Of a DNA stretch of 64,000 nucleotides, positions 32,751 to 42,604 are shown piece by piece (within the stretch, counting starts at the first letter, position 1; every line of letters starts with the position of its first letter). The stretch covers positions 1,312,001-1,376,000 of the forward strand of contig OY970208.1 in NCBI GenBank assembly GCA_963713865.1, given 5' to 3'. The stretch is from an uncultured candidate division Zixibacteria bacterium. GTDB lineage: Bacteria > Zixibacteria > MSB-5A5 > RBG-16-43-9. The notes beneath the pieces were generated by a model that saw only the letters and a list, made by a program, of their open reading frames with translations, had not been told where the DNA came from and did no database searches. The translations under genes were made by a program, and so were the position numbers.

Positions 32751-34154
32751 TTATAAAGTTTTCAGATAGGCATCAATTGCTCTGGCGGATTTTTTACCTG
32801 CGCCTGCGGCTAAGATTACGGTTGCTCCGCCGGTTACTATATCCCCTCCGGCGAAAACTCCTTTGCGCGAGGTTTGGCCGGTTTCTGGGTCAGCTATTAT
32901 GTTCCCCCATTTGTTAATTTCTAATCCGGGTGTGGTTTTGGGAACTAAAGGGTTAGAGCTATTTCCAATGGCGACTATCACGGTATCCACATCCATTATG
33001 AAATTAGAGCCTTCAATTGGCACTGGTCTTCTTCTTCCGGATTCATCCGGCTCTCCTAATTTCATTCGGATGCATTCCATCCCTTTAACCCAGCCATCCT
33101 CAGTTCCTATGAATCTAAGCGGGTTAACTAAAAACTCGAATTTCACCCCTTCCTCTTCGGCATGATGAATCTCATCTTTCCGGGCTGGCATCTCAGCTCT
33201 GGAACGTCGGTAAACTATATAACCATTTTCTGCACCTAGTCTCAAAGCAGTTCTGACTGAGTCCATGGCGGTATTTCCACCACCTAAGACCGTAACGTTT
33301 CTGCCAGAGAAGATGGGTGTATCATATTGAGGAAATAAATAGGCTTTCATCAGATTCGAGCGGGTCAAATATTCATTAGATGAATAAACTCCATTGAGAT
33401 TTTCACCCGGGATTCTCATAAAGTTAGGAAGTCCTGCTCCGGTCCCAATGAAAACAGCGTGGTAGCCAGAGTTGAAAAGCTCGTCAATGGTCTGAAGCAT
33501 CCCTACCACATAACTGGTTTTGAACTCTACCCCTAATTTTGCGAGATAGTCAACTTCGGATTGAACAATTGCCTTGGGCAGTCTGAACTCAGGGATACCA
33601 TAAACCAATACCCCTCCGGCTTTATGCAAAGCTTCAAACACTGTTACCTGATGTCCCAGCTTGATTAAATCACCAGCTACGGTCAGCCCGGCTGGACCTG
33701 AGCCTACAATCGCTACTTTCTTGCCAGTCGATTTCTCTATCTCAGGTATCTCTATTTCACCTTTTTCTCTTTCGTAATCTGCGGCAAATCTCTCCAAGTT
33801 ACCTATGGCTACGGGTTCATATTTTTTTGCCAGGACGCAGACTTTTTCACACTGGTCCTCCTGCGGGCAAACCCTCCCGCAAACTGCTGGTAAGCTGTTC
33901 GACTCTTTAAGCTTTTTAGCTGCTCCTATATAATCCCCTTCAGCGATCAATTTAATAAATCCAGGTATATCGATCTCCACCGGACAACCAGAAATACAGG
34001 TAGGCTTTTTGCAGAAGAGACACCTTTGAGCTTCTGTTACTGCTAATTCCTCAGTATATCCAAAGGGAACCTCTTTGAAATTCTTAACTCTATCTTCTGG
34101 TTTTTGTTGAGGTATCTTCTGCCTGGGGATATTTATTTTTTTCGGGGTACTCAA
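32751..34154 (-). CDS. GltD-like NADPH-dependent flavoprotein (NfnB/SudA large subunit)
   Basis: EAQRCLFCKKPTCISGCP, CGRVCPQE.QC, GSGPAG, GGGNTAMD, FAGGD. Confidence 0.92.
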   Translation of the reverse strand: MSTPKKINIPRQKIPQQKPEDRVKNFKEVPFGYTEELAVTEAQRCLFCKKPTCISGCPVEIDIPGFIKLIAEGDYIGAAKKLKESNSLPAVCGRVCPQEDQCEKVCVLAKKYEPVAIGNLERFAADYEREKGEIEIPEIEKSTGKKVAIVGSGPAGLTVAGDLIKLGHQVTVFEALHKAGGVLVYGIPEFRLPKAIVQSEVDYLAKLGVEFKTSYVVGMLQTIDELFNSGYHAVFIGTGAGLPNFMRIPGENLNGVYSSNEYLTRSNLMKAYLFPQYDTPIFSGRNVTVLGGGNTAMDSVRTALRLGAENGYIVYRRSRAEMPARKDEIHHAEEEGVKFEFLVNPLRFIGTEDGWVKGMECIRMKLGEPDESGRRRPVPIEGSNFIMDVDTVIVAIGNSSNPLVPKTTPGLEINKWGNIIADPETGQTSRKGVFAGGDIVTGGATVILAAGAGKKSARAIDAYLKTL

Positions 34155-34167
34155 TTCAACTCCTCGA

Positions 34168-35013
34168 TTATGTTAAGGTGGAGCCTTTCTGATGCTGGAG
34201 AAAATTATCCATTGCTATTTTTTCCTGTTTCAGGTACATCTTCTGTCTTTCAAGTAATTCCTCAAAATCGACTAAATGGGCGTCAAAATCCGGGCCATCA
34301 ATACAGGCAAATTTGGTCTGATTCCCCACTGTCACTCTGCAGGCACCGCACATACCGGTTCCATCCACCATTATCGGGTTCAGACTTATTATGGTCTTGA
34401 TCTTATAAGGTAGGGTAGTTTTGGCTAAAGCCCTCATCATCAAAACCGGTCCAACCGAGAAGATGAAATCTATTTTTTCCCCTTTCTCTAAAAGGCCGGC
34501 TAAAACCTGGGTAACAAAACCGTGAATGCCATAGCTGCCATCATCCGTGGAGATAAATAGCTTATCGCATGCAGATTTTGATTCTTCCTCCATTATCAGA
34601 AGCTCTTTGGTCCTGGCACCAATTATGGAGATGACATAATTCCCCGTTTCTTTTAAAGCCTGGGCTACCGGGTGAATTGGGGCAATCCCTATACCTCCTC
34701 CGATACAGATGCAGGTTCCATATTTCTCAATATGAGTGGGAGTTCCTAAAGGTCCGATTACATCGGCAATTGAGTCTCCTTCCAGAAGAGTGCCTAATTC
34801 AGCAGTAGATTTGCCCACCTCTTGAAAGACTATAGTTAAAATCCCGTTCTTTTTATCCAAATCAGCAATTGACATAGGGATTCGCTCACCCGGCTCATCA
34901 ATCCTCAAAATAACAAATTGACCGGGTTTTGCTTTCTCCACTAAAAGTGGTAGATGAAACCTTATCCTATGAATCCCCTGGGCTAATTTTTCTTTTTCAA
35001 TTAATTTTTCCAG
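34168..35013 (-). CDS. NfnA/SudB ferredoxin-NADP reductase small subunit; probable CTG start
   Basis: KAKPGQFVILR, GERIP, GPLG, GGGIG, MVDGTGMCGACRV..CIDGP; frame extends to CTG 35013 with AAGGAG 5 nt upstream. Confidence 0.88.
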   Translation of the reverse strand: MEKLIEKEKLAQGIHRIRFHLPLLVEKAKPGQFVILRIDEPGERIPMSIADLDKKNGILTIVFQEVGKSTAELGTLLEGDSIADVIGPLGTPTHIEKYGTCICIGGGIGIAPIHPVAQALKETGNYVISIIGARTKELLIMEEESKSACDKLFISTDDGSYGIHGFVTQVLAGLLEKGEKIDFIFSVGPVLMMRALAKTTLPYKIKTIISLNPIMVDGTGMCGACRVTVGNQTKFACIDGPDFDAHLVDFEELLERQKMYLKQEKIAMDNFLQHQKGSTLT

Positions 35014-35123
35014 ATGCGCTCCTTTTTTTAAAGAAACATACTTTATCTTTTGCTCTGTGCTGGTATCTTCACCAATCCAATTTCTGATAGAAGGTTTGGA
35101 AATCAGCTGTCAACAAATTCCCG

Positions 35124-35456
35124 TCATTTTCTCATTTTCTCTTTTTCTATCTCTTCTACAAAATAGGTTTTAAAGAAATCTACAACTTCCTGAGGAGCGA
35201 ATACGTCAATCGCTTCTTCGGCTTTCATTTTCGCAAAATCCTTTTTGAACCCCTCGCTCACCTGCAAGAGGGAATCGATTCCCTTGACCACTTCTTCATA
35301 GTTTTTGGAATCGAATTCAGCCCTAAGATCCTGAGGCAGGGTGTTGCGAAAAGCATCTAATCTTTGTTGTAAGTTTTGAACCCTGGACTTCTGGCATCCA
35401 GTGAAAGAGAATAAAAGGATTATGATTGATAAAAAACTTATAGTAGCTTTAAACAC
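35124..35456 (-). CDS. Hypothetical lipoprotein
   Basis: Lipobox FTGC; overlaps ackA stop. Confidence 0.7.
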   Translation of the reverse strand: MFKATISFLSIIILLFSFTGCQKSRVQNLQQRLDAFRNTLPQDLRAEFDSKNYEEVVKGIDSLLQVSEGFKKDFAKMKAEEAIDVFAPQEVVDFFKTYFVEEIEKEKMRK

Positions 35457-36681
35457 CTTTTATCGTCTCCTTTAAAAATTTATCTACCTCAATGACTTTT
35501 CTGGTCTCCTCAGCTATGACTAACTCTTCATTTGTCGGGATAGCAAATACTTTAACCCTGGCTTTGTCTTTGCTGATTAAAGCCTCCACCCCAACCGCTT
35601 CATCATTTCTATCCTCGTCTATTTCGATCCCTAAGAATTCCAATCCTTCACAACATCTCTGTCGAATCAGAGGTGAATTCTCCCCGATCCCGGCAGTAAA
35701 AACCAGAGAATCTAAACCGCCCATAGCAGCCGCATAGGCACCGATATATTTTTTTATACGGTAACAGTAGATCTCCAAGGCTAATTTTGAATTGGCATGA
35801 CCCTCTTTGGCTTCCTGAATAATGTCACGCATATCACTTGATTGCCCGGAGATCCCCTGAATGCCACTGTGTTTGTTTAAAAGGGTATTAGCCTCCTGCA
35901 GGGAGAGCTCTTCTCTTGCCATTATGTGCAGAATTACGGCCGGGTCTAAGTCACCGCATCTGGTGCCCATAAGGAGTCCCTCTAAGGGAGTAAATCCCAT
36001 GCTGGTATCTATGGATATCCCTTCTTTGACCGCGGACATACTGGCACCATTACCTAAATGGCAGGTTATTATTTTGAGCTCCTTAATCGGTTTTCTTAAA
36101 AGCTGTGACGCACGTTTGGATACGTAAAAATGAGAAGTGCCATGAAAACCATATCTTCTGATACCGTATTTTTTATAAAGGATATAAGGAAGACCATAGA
36201 TATATGCATGTTTGGGCATCTGCTGATGAAAAGCTGTATCGAAGACCGCTACCTGAGGGATATTGGATAAAATCCTCTGGCAGGCGTTGATTCCTCTTAT
36301 ATTATGGGGATTATGCAGAGGGGCAAGCTCAATACAGTTTCTCAACTCTACCATCACCTCAGGAGTTATCAGGACAGATTCAGGGAATTTCTCACCTCCA
36401 TGCACCACGCGGTGCCCAATTGCTCCGATCTCAGATTTATCTTTAATCACCCCGTGATTAGGGGAGAGGAGTATACTTATAACATACTCTATGGCTACTA
36501 TATGATCGATTATCTCACCGGAGATCTTTATCTCCTGCCGATCATGAGGTTTGTGAGTCAATACTGCCTCACTCATCCCGATTCGGGAAACTAAACCTTT
36601 AGCCAGGGAATAGTTTTTATCTATGTCTATCAGTTGATACTTAACCGAAGAACTACCACAATTTAAAACTAAAATCTTCAT
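35449..36681 (-). CDS. ackA: Acetate kinase
   Basis: MKILVLNCGSSSVK, GHRVVHGG, APLHN, FDTAFH, YGFHGTSH, HLGNGAS, PTNEE. Confidence 0.97.
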   Translation of the reverse strand: MKILVLNCGSSSVKYQLIDIDKNYSLAKGLVSRIGMSEAVLTHKPHDRQEIKISGEIIDHIVAIEYVISILLSPNHGVIKDKSEIGAIGHRVVHGGEKFPESVLITPEVMVELRNCIELAPLHNPHNIRGINACQRILSNIPQVAVFDTAFHQQMPKHAYIYGLPYILYKKYGIRRYGFHGTSHFYVSKRASQLLRKPIKELKIITCHLGNGASMSAVKEGISIDTSMGFTPLEGLLMGTRCGDLDPAVILHIMAREELSLQEANTLLNKHSGIQGISGQSSDMRDIIQEAKEGHANSKLALEIYCYRIKKYIGAYAAAMGGLDSLVFTAGIGENSPLIRQRCCEGLEFLGIEIDEDRNDEAVGVEALISKDKARVKVFAIPTNEELVIAEETRKVIEVDKFLKETIKGV

Positions 36682-36806
36682 CTTGTCTCCTTTTCAGACT
36701 CTACAAAATAAGCTCTGGAGTGTAAAGTTTTAGCTTTACTATTCAGTCTTAGGCATATTTGCAAACCTAAAGGTTTGCACTCCAATGTGCACAAATCGAT
36801 AATCTT

Positions 36807-37682
36807 CTATTCCTTGATCCTGTTTCCTTCTGCATCATATTTGAAAAATCCCTGACCGGTTTTCTGTCCCAGATGACCTGCACGAACCATCTTTCTTAAT
36901 AAAGGACAGGGGTTATACTTATGCTCAGAGAGCTCATTCAAAAGGTTCTCCATCCAGCTCATCACCACGTCCAAGCCCATCATATCTGCCAGGGCTAAGG
37001 GGCCGACGTTAAACCCGAACCCTAATCTCATCGCGGTGTCTATGTCATCTGCTGAAGCGATCCCCTCCATCAGAACGTGCATAGCCTCATTCAGAAAAGG
37101 AACGATTATCCGGGTTGTTACATATCCCGGATATTCATAGACTGTTACCGGGGTTTTATTTAACTGGTCAGCGAAGTCTTTAATGGCATCATAGGTCTGC
37201 TGGGAAGTCTTTAATCCCCTGACGATCTCCACTAGGGGGACTTTAGTTACCGGAAAGAGAAAATGCATCCCGATAACCTTATCCGGTCTTTTGGTGAATG
37301 AAGCCAACTCGGTTATGGATAAAGTAGAGGTGTTGGTGATTATGATGGTCTCGGGTGAACAGCTTAAATCCAGTGCTTTGAAAGCTTCTTTCTTAATCTC
37401 TAAACTCTCGGGCACAGCTTCGATTACCATTGTAACGCTGCACACCTCTTCCAGTGAAGTAGTCGGTGAAATCCTGGTGAGAATTGCCTTTTTTTCACTG
37501 CGGGTTAACCCCCATTTCTCAATCTCGTTATCCATACTCTCAGAAAGTATATGCATACTGTTTTTTAAGATCTCCTCAGATTTATCCACTAAAACTACTT
37601 CACAACCTGTAGAGGCAATCAACTCTGAGATCCCCCTCCCCATCACTCCTGCTCCTACTACTACGACTTTATGTATTGGCAT
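36807..37682 (-). CDS. hbd: 3-hydroxybutyryl-/3-hydroxyacyl-CoA dehydrogenase
   Basis: VVGAGVMG, IEAVPE, NTSTLSIT, GMHF, GPLALAD..GLD, G.LG.KTGQGF. Confidence 0.88.
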   Translation of the reverse strand: MPIHKVVVVGAGVMGRGISELIASTGCEVVLVDKSEEILKNSMHILSESMDNEIEKWGLTRSEKKAILTRISPTTSLEEVCSVTMVIEAVPESLEIKKEAFKALDLSCSPETIIITNTSTLSITELASFTKRPDKVIGMHFLFPVTKVPLVEIVRGLKTSQQTYDAIKDFADQLNKTPVTVYEYPGYVTTRIIVPFLNEAMHVLMEGIASADDIDTAMRLGFGFNVGPLALADMMGLDVVMSWMENLLNELSEHKYNPCPLLRKMVRAGHLGQKTGQGFFKYDAEGNRIKE

Positions 37683-38681
37683 ATATACCTCGCTTACTTA
37701 AAAACAAATACGAATGACGAATATCTGTTTGATGACAGCTATTAGCCTGTAGCAAGTAGCTAAAGGCTAAAAGCGAGTCTCGAATCGCTAACAACGAGCA
37801 CCGAATCCAAAGAACGAAAAATTATATATAATAATAAAATTTATTTTATTAGCAAGCCAATTCTTGGATTTTTGTAAAAAATTTCACAAGTCCTACGGAT
37901 CCGTTTCTCGGACTAAAAATTTAACCCCTTGCATTTCCTCAAGTTACAAAAATCTTATAAAAAATTCATTTTTCCCTTAACAAGTATGGGCTGAATTTAT
38001 TTAATAGGGTTAAAGTTATTTGAATAATAAATAAAAAGTTATCAAATTGTAAGGTTTTGTCCTGCCTTTGGGGGATGAGGTATTTGACTATCAAATCTCA
38101 CCCAGGAGGTTCTAATGACCCCAAGCTCGTTTGATTAATCCAGACAATTTAATTCTTGCTGTTTCCCTTTTAGTTTTTTTCTGAGATGGTTTTTCTTTAA
38201 TTCTTTTTCACTCGATTAGTGGTGTCTTTAAACAATAGCACCGAGGAGGTGATGTTTATGTAGCGAAGCCATCCCTGGACGGGCAGGCGCCCGTTTTATA
38301 GGTCCGAAATCAGGTATGGCTTCGGGCAGCAGAGAAGATATCGGATAGGCCTTGCGACCCATAGCTGTCGGGCATATCCGACCTGTAAACTGACACATTA
38401 CCCCAGCCCGACTGATTGACGCGATTTTGCGGCATTAGGTGGTGCTAGAATGCGGCATTTGAAACATGGAGGATGATGCCTATGAGAAAATAGAATGAGC
38501 AGACTGTGATCAGTTTGTCGTTACGATTTAGTGTAAACAGCAGATTATTAAGAAAGAAGGCAAAACCACAGGGGTTTGACTTACGAAACTGATAGACAAA
38601 GGAGGTCAAGCCGCCACGGGCTTGCCTTACCTATAACGTCTAATTTATGACAACGGCTTGTCATAGAAAGGTAGAAACACA

Positions 38682-39500
38682 ATGAAACGCTTCATTTCAA
38701 TCAACGCAGTAAGAGCAGTTGGCATTTTGACGGTATGTATCGCCGTTATGCTGCTGGGGCTTGCGTCCACCCCCGGCAGTGCGCTGGCAAATAGCGATTG
38801 TATTGACTTTGAGACCCTGCCGGATGGCACCCCGACCTCAGACCAAATGACGATTGACAATCAGTATTGGGGCCAGTCGACACCGTATACGGGTGTGAAG
38901 TTCTCTCTTTCAAACGGCAAGTATCCGAAAATCGCAAAAGTCGGCACGCCCGTGACGGCGTTTCAGGGCCCAGAAGGCACCAAAGACGCAAATTGCTGGA
39001 ACTCTGAAACCACTGACGACATGCCGAGAGCATTAGATCAACCCGTAGTAGAATGCTCTTTTCTGACATCGTACACCCCGGAGGCCACAACGCCACCCGA
39101 TCTGATTGTAGACTATTACGCGACAGTCACAGAAGCCAGCGGTTATATCCTTGATATTGACGCGACTGAAGGTTGGCGCATAACCGCCTATATGAGTCCG
39201 TCTCCGGCTCCGGTGGGAACTCCGCTGGAATTGGTCGCCGAGAGTGGAAACACGGGCGACGGTGTCGCAATTCTTTGGACCATATCTGTCCCTACTGGTT
39301 TTAACAGATTGGTATTTCGTTACATTGGCGGAAAAAAGGAAGTGGGATTGGCGTTTGACAACTTTTGCACTGACACCATACCTGGTCAAGACATCCCCAC
39401 CCTCTCCGAATGGGGTCTTATTGGTCTTATGCTTGTGCTTTTGGCATTAGCCACCTGGGTGTTTTTCAGGAGGAGAAAGGTAGTAGGTGTCAAGACATAG
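38682..39500 (+). CDS. IPTL-CTERM sorting domain protein
   Basis: Signal peptide; C-terminal IPTLSEWGLIGLMLVLLALATWVFFRRRK. Confidence 0.9.
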   Translation: MKRFISINAVRAVGILTVCIAVMLLGLASTPGSALANSDCIDFETLPDGTPTSDQMTIDNQYWGQSTPYTGVKFSLSNGKYPKIAKVGTPVTAFQGPEGTKDANCWNSETTDDMPRALDQPVVECSFLTSYTPEATTPPDLIVDYYATVTEASGYILDIDATEGWRITAYMSPSPAPVGTPLELVAESGNTGDGVAILWTISVPTGFNRLVFRYIGGKKEVGLAFDNFCTDTIPGQDIPTLSEWGLIGLMLVLLALATWVFFRRRKVVGVKT

Positions 39501-39710
39501 GTCATAGGTGATAGGTGGTAGGAATTAGGTTGACTGACAAGGCTTTATGAAAACAGGTGAAGAGAAACAAGAGCTAAAAAAGGCGCAAAGGAAACCTAAA
39601 AAGGAGATTTTGAAAAGAGTCGTGCTACGAAAAAAGTAGAGGCACGTTGCAACGTGCCCCTACAACTATTGAACTTTTGAGCTTTTGAACCTTTAATCCT
39701 TTTTTCAAAT

Positions 39711-41702
39711 TTACACAATCGGAGGTTTTTCTCCGCCGGGTTCAGGTTCCGATTTTTTCTCCTCAACGGGTAAAGGTCCTATTTTTTTCTCAATCTCCTC
39801 AATCTCCGGTTTTTCCATTAGCTCTTTTACCTTAACTGTTTTGGTAGGATGTTTGGCTAAATAAACTTCTAATTCGGCTTTTTCTTTATCTTTGTAATAT
39901 TCAGCCACTGAAAAAACTATCCTTCTTCCAGGCGGGTCAAATTCAATCGATTTAAGTGGTATCATCTCTCCTTCGGAGAAAGCATCTGCTGGTTTGGTTA
40001 TATCTGGTTTTCCCAGATGCTCTAAAGGTACAAATCCTTCCATCTCTCCTTCCAGTTCCACTATTACCCCGCGATCCAGAAGACGGATGATCTTACCTTG
40101 AGTCTCAACCCCTACCCGGTATTTTCTGGATAGCAAAGGCCAGGGGTCATCTTTAAGCTGTTTATAGCCTAAGGAGATCTTACGATTTTCCTTATCGATA
40201 CTCAAGACCATCACCTCCACCCTTTCTCCTTTCTTCATAACCTCACTGGGATGCTGTATCCTTTTGATCCAGGAAAGGTCTGAGATATGAACCAATCCGT
40301 CAACACCTTCCTCCAGTTCTATGAATACTCCAAATGGAGTAATATTTCTTACCTTGCCAGATACCTTCGCGCCGATTGCGTATTTTCTCTCCATAGCGTC
40401 CCAGGGGTTTGGTTCCATCTGTTTGATCCCCAGGGAGATCCTTTCATTTTCCTTATCTACGGAAAGAACCACAGCATCCACCATATCTCCAACTGCCAGA
40501 AGTTTGGAAGGATGTTTAATATGTTTGGTCCAGGACATCTCCGAGATATGAATCAATCCTTCAATACCTCTTTCCAGTTCCACAAAAGCACCATAATCGG
40601 TAATGGAGACAACCTTTCCCCGCACCCTTCTTCCCACCGGGTATCTTTCCTCGATATTGTCCCAGGGATAAGGGGTAAGCTGTTTAAGTCCTAAGGAGAT
40701 CCGACCAGTGGATTTATCGAAATCCAGTATCTTGACATTTATCTTGTCTCCTAAGGCAACTACTTCACTCGGATGGGATACCCTGCCCCAGGATAAGTCG
40801 GTTATATGTAGAAGTCCATCAACTCCGCCTAAATCGATGAAAACACCAAAATCAGTTATATTTTTAACTACCCCTTCTTTTACCTGCCCTGCCTCGATTT
40901 CAGAAAGAAGTTTAACCTTCTGTTTTTCTCTTTCCTCCTCCAATACTGCTCTTCTGGAAACTACTATGTTCCTTCTGCTCTTATTTAGTTTTATGATCCG
41001 CAGTTGCATGGTCTGTCCTAAGAGAGCATCGAAATCCGGAACTTGTTTTAAAGCTATCTGCGAGCCGGGTAAGAAGGCATCCACTCCAATCAGATCTACA
41101 ACGATTCCTCCCTTAATCCTTTTCAGAAGCTTCCCATCTACTAAAGTTTCTTTTTCATAGGCCTCTCTGATCTTGTCCCAGATTTTTATGAAATCCGCTT
41201 TCTGCTTGGAAAGGACCAGTTGTCCATTCTGGTCTTCTATCGCCTCTAAGAAAAGATCAACTTCGTCCCCGATTTTCAACTGATCTGGATGAGGAAACTC
41301 TGCCAGAGGGATAATCCCTTCGGATTTAAAACCAACATCTACGATGACATCATCTTTAGTAACCCGGAGGACCTTACCTTTAATCAGTTCTCCTTCTTTA
41401 ATTACCCTGAAAGTCTGCTCATACATCGAAAGCATTTTCTGAAATTCATCCGGGGAATATTCTTTTTCCTCTTCCATCTTTAGTTCAGGAAAAGGTTCCT
41501 TTTTCTCCCTTCTGATTTTTCTTTCCCTTATCTCCGGCTTAAACTCTTTTTTCTCAACCGGTTCTTTTTTTCCAATCTCTGCTGGTTTCTTTGACTTTTT
41601 CTTAACTAAAGAATCAGCTTTAGTTTTTTTCACACCTCCTTTCTTTTTACCTTTTTCAGCCTTAAGGGCTGTTGTTTTTCTGGCTTTCTTTTTCTCAGCC
41701 AT
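39711..41702 (-). CDS. rpsA: 30S ribosomal protein S1 with Lys/Glu-rich N-terminal extension
   Basis: DVGFKSEG, FLPGSQ, repeated ITDFG/YG.F.EL..G.EGL.HISE/DLSW S1 domains. Confidence 0.97.
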   Translation of the reverse strand: MAEKKKARKTTALKAEKGKKKGGVKKTKADSLVKKKSKKPAEIGKKEPVEKKEFKPEIRERKIRREKKEPFPELKMEEEKEYSPDEFQKMLSMYEQTFRVIKEGELIKGKVLRVTKDDVIVDVGFKSEGIIPLAEFPHPDQLKIGDEVDLFLEAIEDQNGQLVLSKQKADFIKIWDKIREAYEKETLVDGKLLKRIKGGIVVDLIGVDAFLPGSQIALKQVPDFDALLGQTMQLRIIKLNKSRRNIVVSRRAVLEEEREKQKVKLLSEIEAGQVKEGVVKNITDFGVFIDLGGVDGLLHITDLSWGRVSHPSEVVALGDKINVKILDFDKSTGRISLGLKQLTPYPWDNIEERYPVGRRVRGKVVSITDYGAFVELERGIEGLIHISEMSWTKHIKHPSKLLAVGDMVDAVVLSVDKENERISLGIKQMEPNPWDAMERKYAIGAKVSGKVRNITPFGVFIELEEGVDGLVHISDLSWIKRIQHPSEVMKKGERVEVMVLSIDKENRKISLGYKQLKDDPWPLLSRKYRVGVETQGKIIRLLDRGVIVELEGEMEGFVPLEHLGKPDITKPADAFSEGEMIPLKSIEFDPPGRRIVFSVAEYYKDKEKAELEVYLAKHPTKTVKVKELMEKPEIEEIEKKIGPLPVEEKKSEPEPGGEKPPIV

Positions 41703-41748
41703 TTTAAGTTGTTCCTCCTTTATATGGAATTTGTCCAGCTGGACATTT

Positions 41749-42588
41749 TTATCCGATTAAATCTTTGATCTTGTTTATGACCTGATTTATGATCCAGTTA
41801 GGGGTCGATGTCCCGGCAGTAACCCCAATCCTTTTCTTGTCTTTAAACCATCCTTTTTTGAGCTCGGTTGAAGTTTCTATATGATAGGTAGGTTTATCTT
41901 TCTCTTTGCAAAGTTTGGCTAAACGAGAAGTATTGGCAGAGTTTTTCCCGCCAACCACAATCATTAAATCAACATCTTTTGTCATTTCCAGAGTAGCTTT
42001 TTGAACATTGGCTGTGGCATTACATATAGTATTGAATATCTTGATCTCTCTTGATTTTTCTAAGAGCAGACCTACAACTTGTTTAAACGTATCCAGATGT
42101 AAAGTGGTTTGAGCTATCACTCCAATCCTTTTATCTTTAGGGAGATTTAGATTTGTTGTGTCTTGATTTACTACCAGAGCCTCATCTCCAGCATAACCCA
42201 TTATTCCCTGGACTTCAGGATGATGAGCTTCTCCCACCACTATAACCTGATAACCATCTTTATATAATGCCCGGGCATTCTTTTGAGCTCTTCTGACAAA
42301 GGGGCAGGTAGCATCGATGATTTTCAGCCCTTTCTTTTTAGCCTGCCGTATTATGTGAGGATGCGCTCCATGCGAGCGAATTATCAGAGTTCCGGATTTG
42401 AGCTTCACGATATTTTGAACTGGTTGTACTCCTTCTCTTTTCAGCTCCTCCACTACCTGTGGATTGTGGATTAAAGGGCCCAAGGTGTAAACCCTTTTAC
42501 CGCTTTTTTTAGCTTCTTCAAAAGCTAAATTTAAAGCTCTTTTTACTCCAAAACAGAATCCGGCATTTTTCACCACTGATATCTTCAT
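41749..42588 (-). CDS. ispH: 4-hydroxy-3-methylbut-2-enyl diphosphate reductase
   Basis: AGFCFGVKRA, IHN, RSHG, DATCPFV, QTT, TICNAT, SANT, TAG.STP. Confidence 0.96.
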   Translation of the reverse strand: MKISVVKNAGFCFGVKRALNLAFEEAKKSGKRVYTLGPLIHNPQVVEELKREGVQPVQNIVKLKSGTLIIRSHGAHPHIIRQAKKKGLKIIDATCPFVRRAQKNARALYKDGYQVIVVGEAHHPEVQGIMGYAGDEALVVNQDTTNLNLPKDKRIGVIAQTTLHLDTFKQVVGLLLEKSREIKIFNTICNATANVQKATLEMTKDVDLMIVVGGKNSANTSRLAKLCKEKDKPTYHIETSTELKKGWFKDKKRIGVTAGTSTPNWIINQVINKIKDLIG

Positions 42589-42604
42589 CTTTTTAAAACC
42601 ACCT

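Noticed and set aside
32447-32917. ORFs 32447-32692 and 32705-32917 (also 13483-13680, 29645-29857, 53347-53574)
   Set aside because: They run through REP clusters or overlap real genes, with no recognisable protein features.
38557-38628. c-di-GMP-I riboswitch
   Set aside because: GGCAAA...TTGCC resembles P1, but the GAAA-capped P2 and second GCAAA are absent; kept only as an unknown structured leader.
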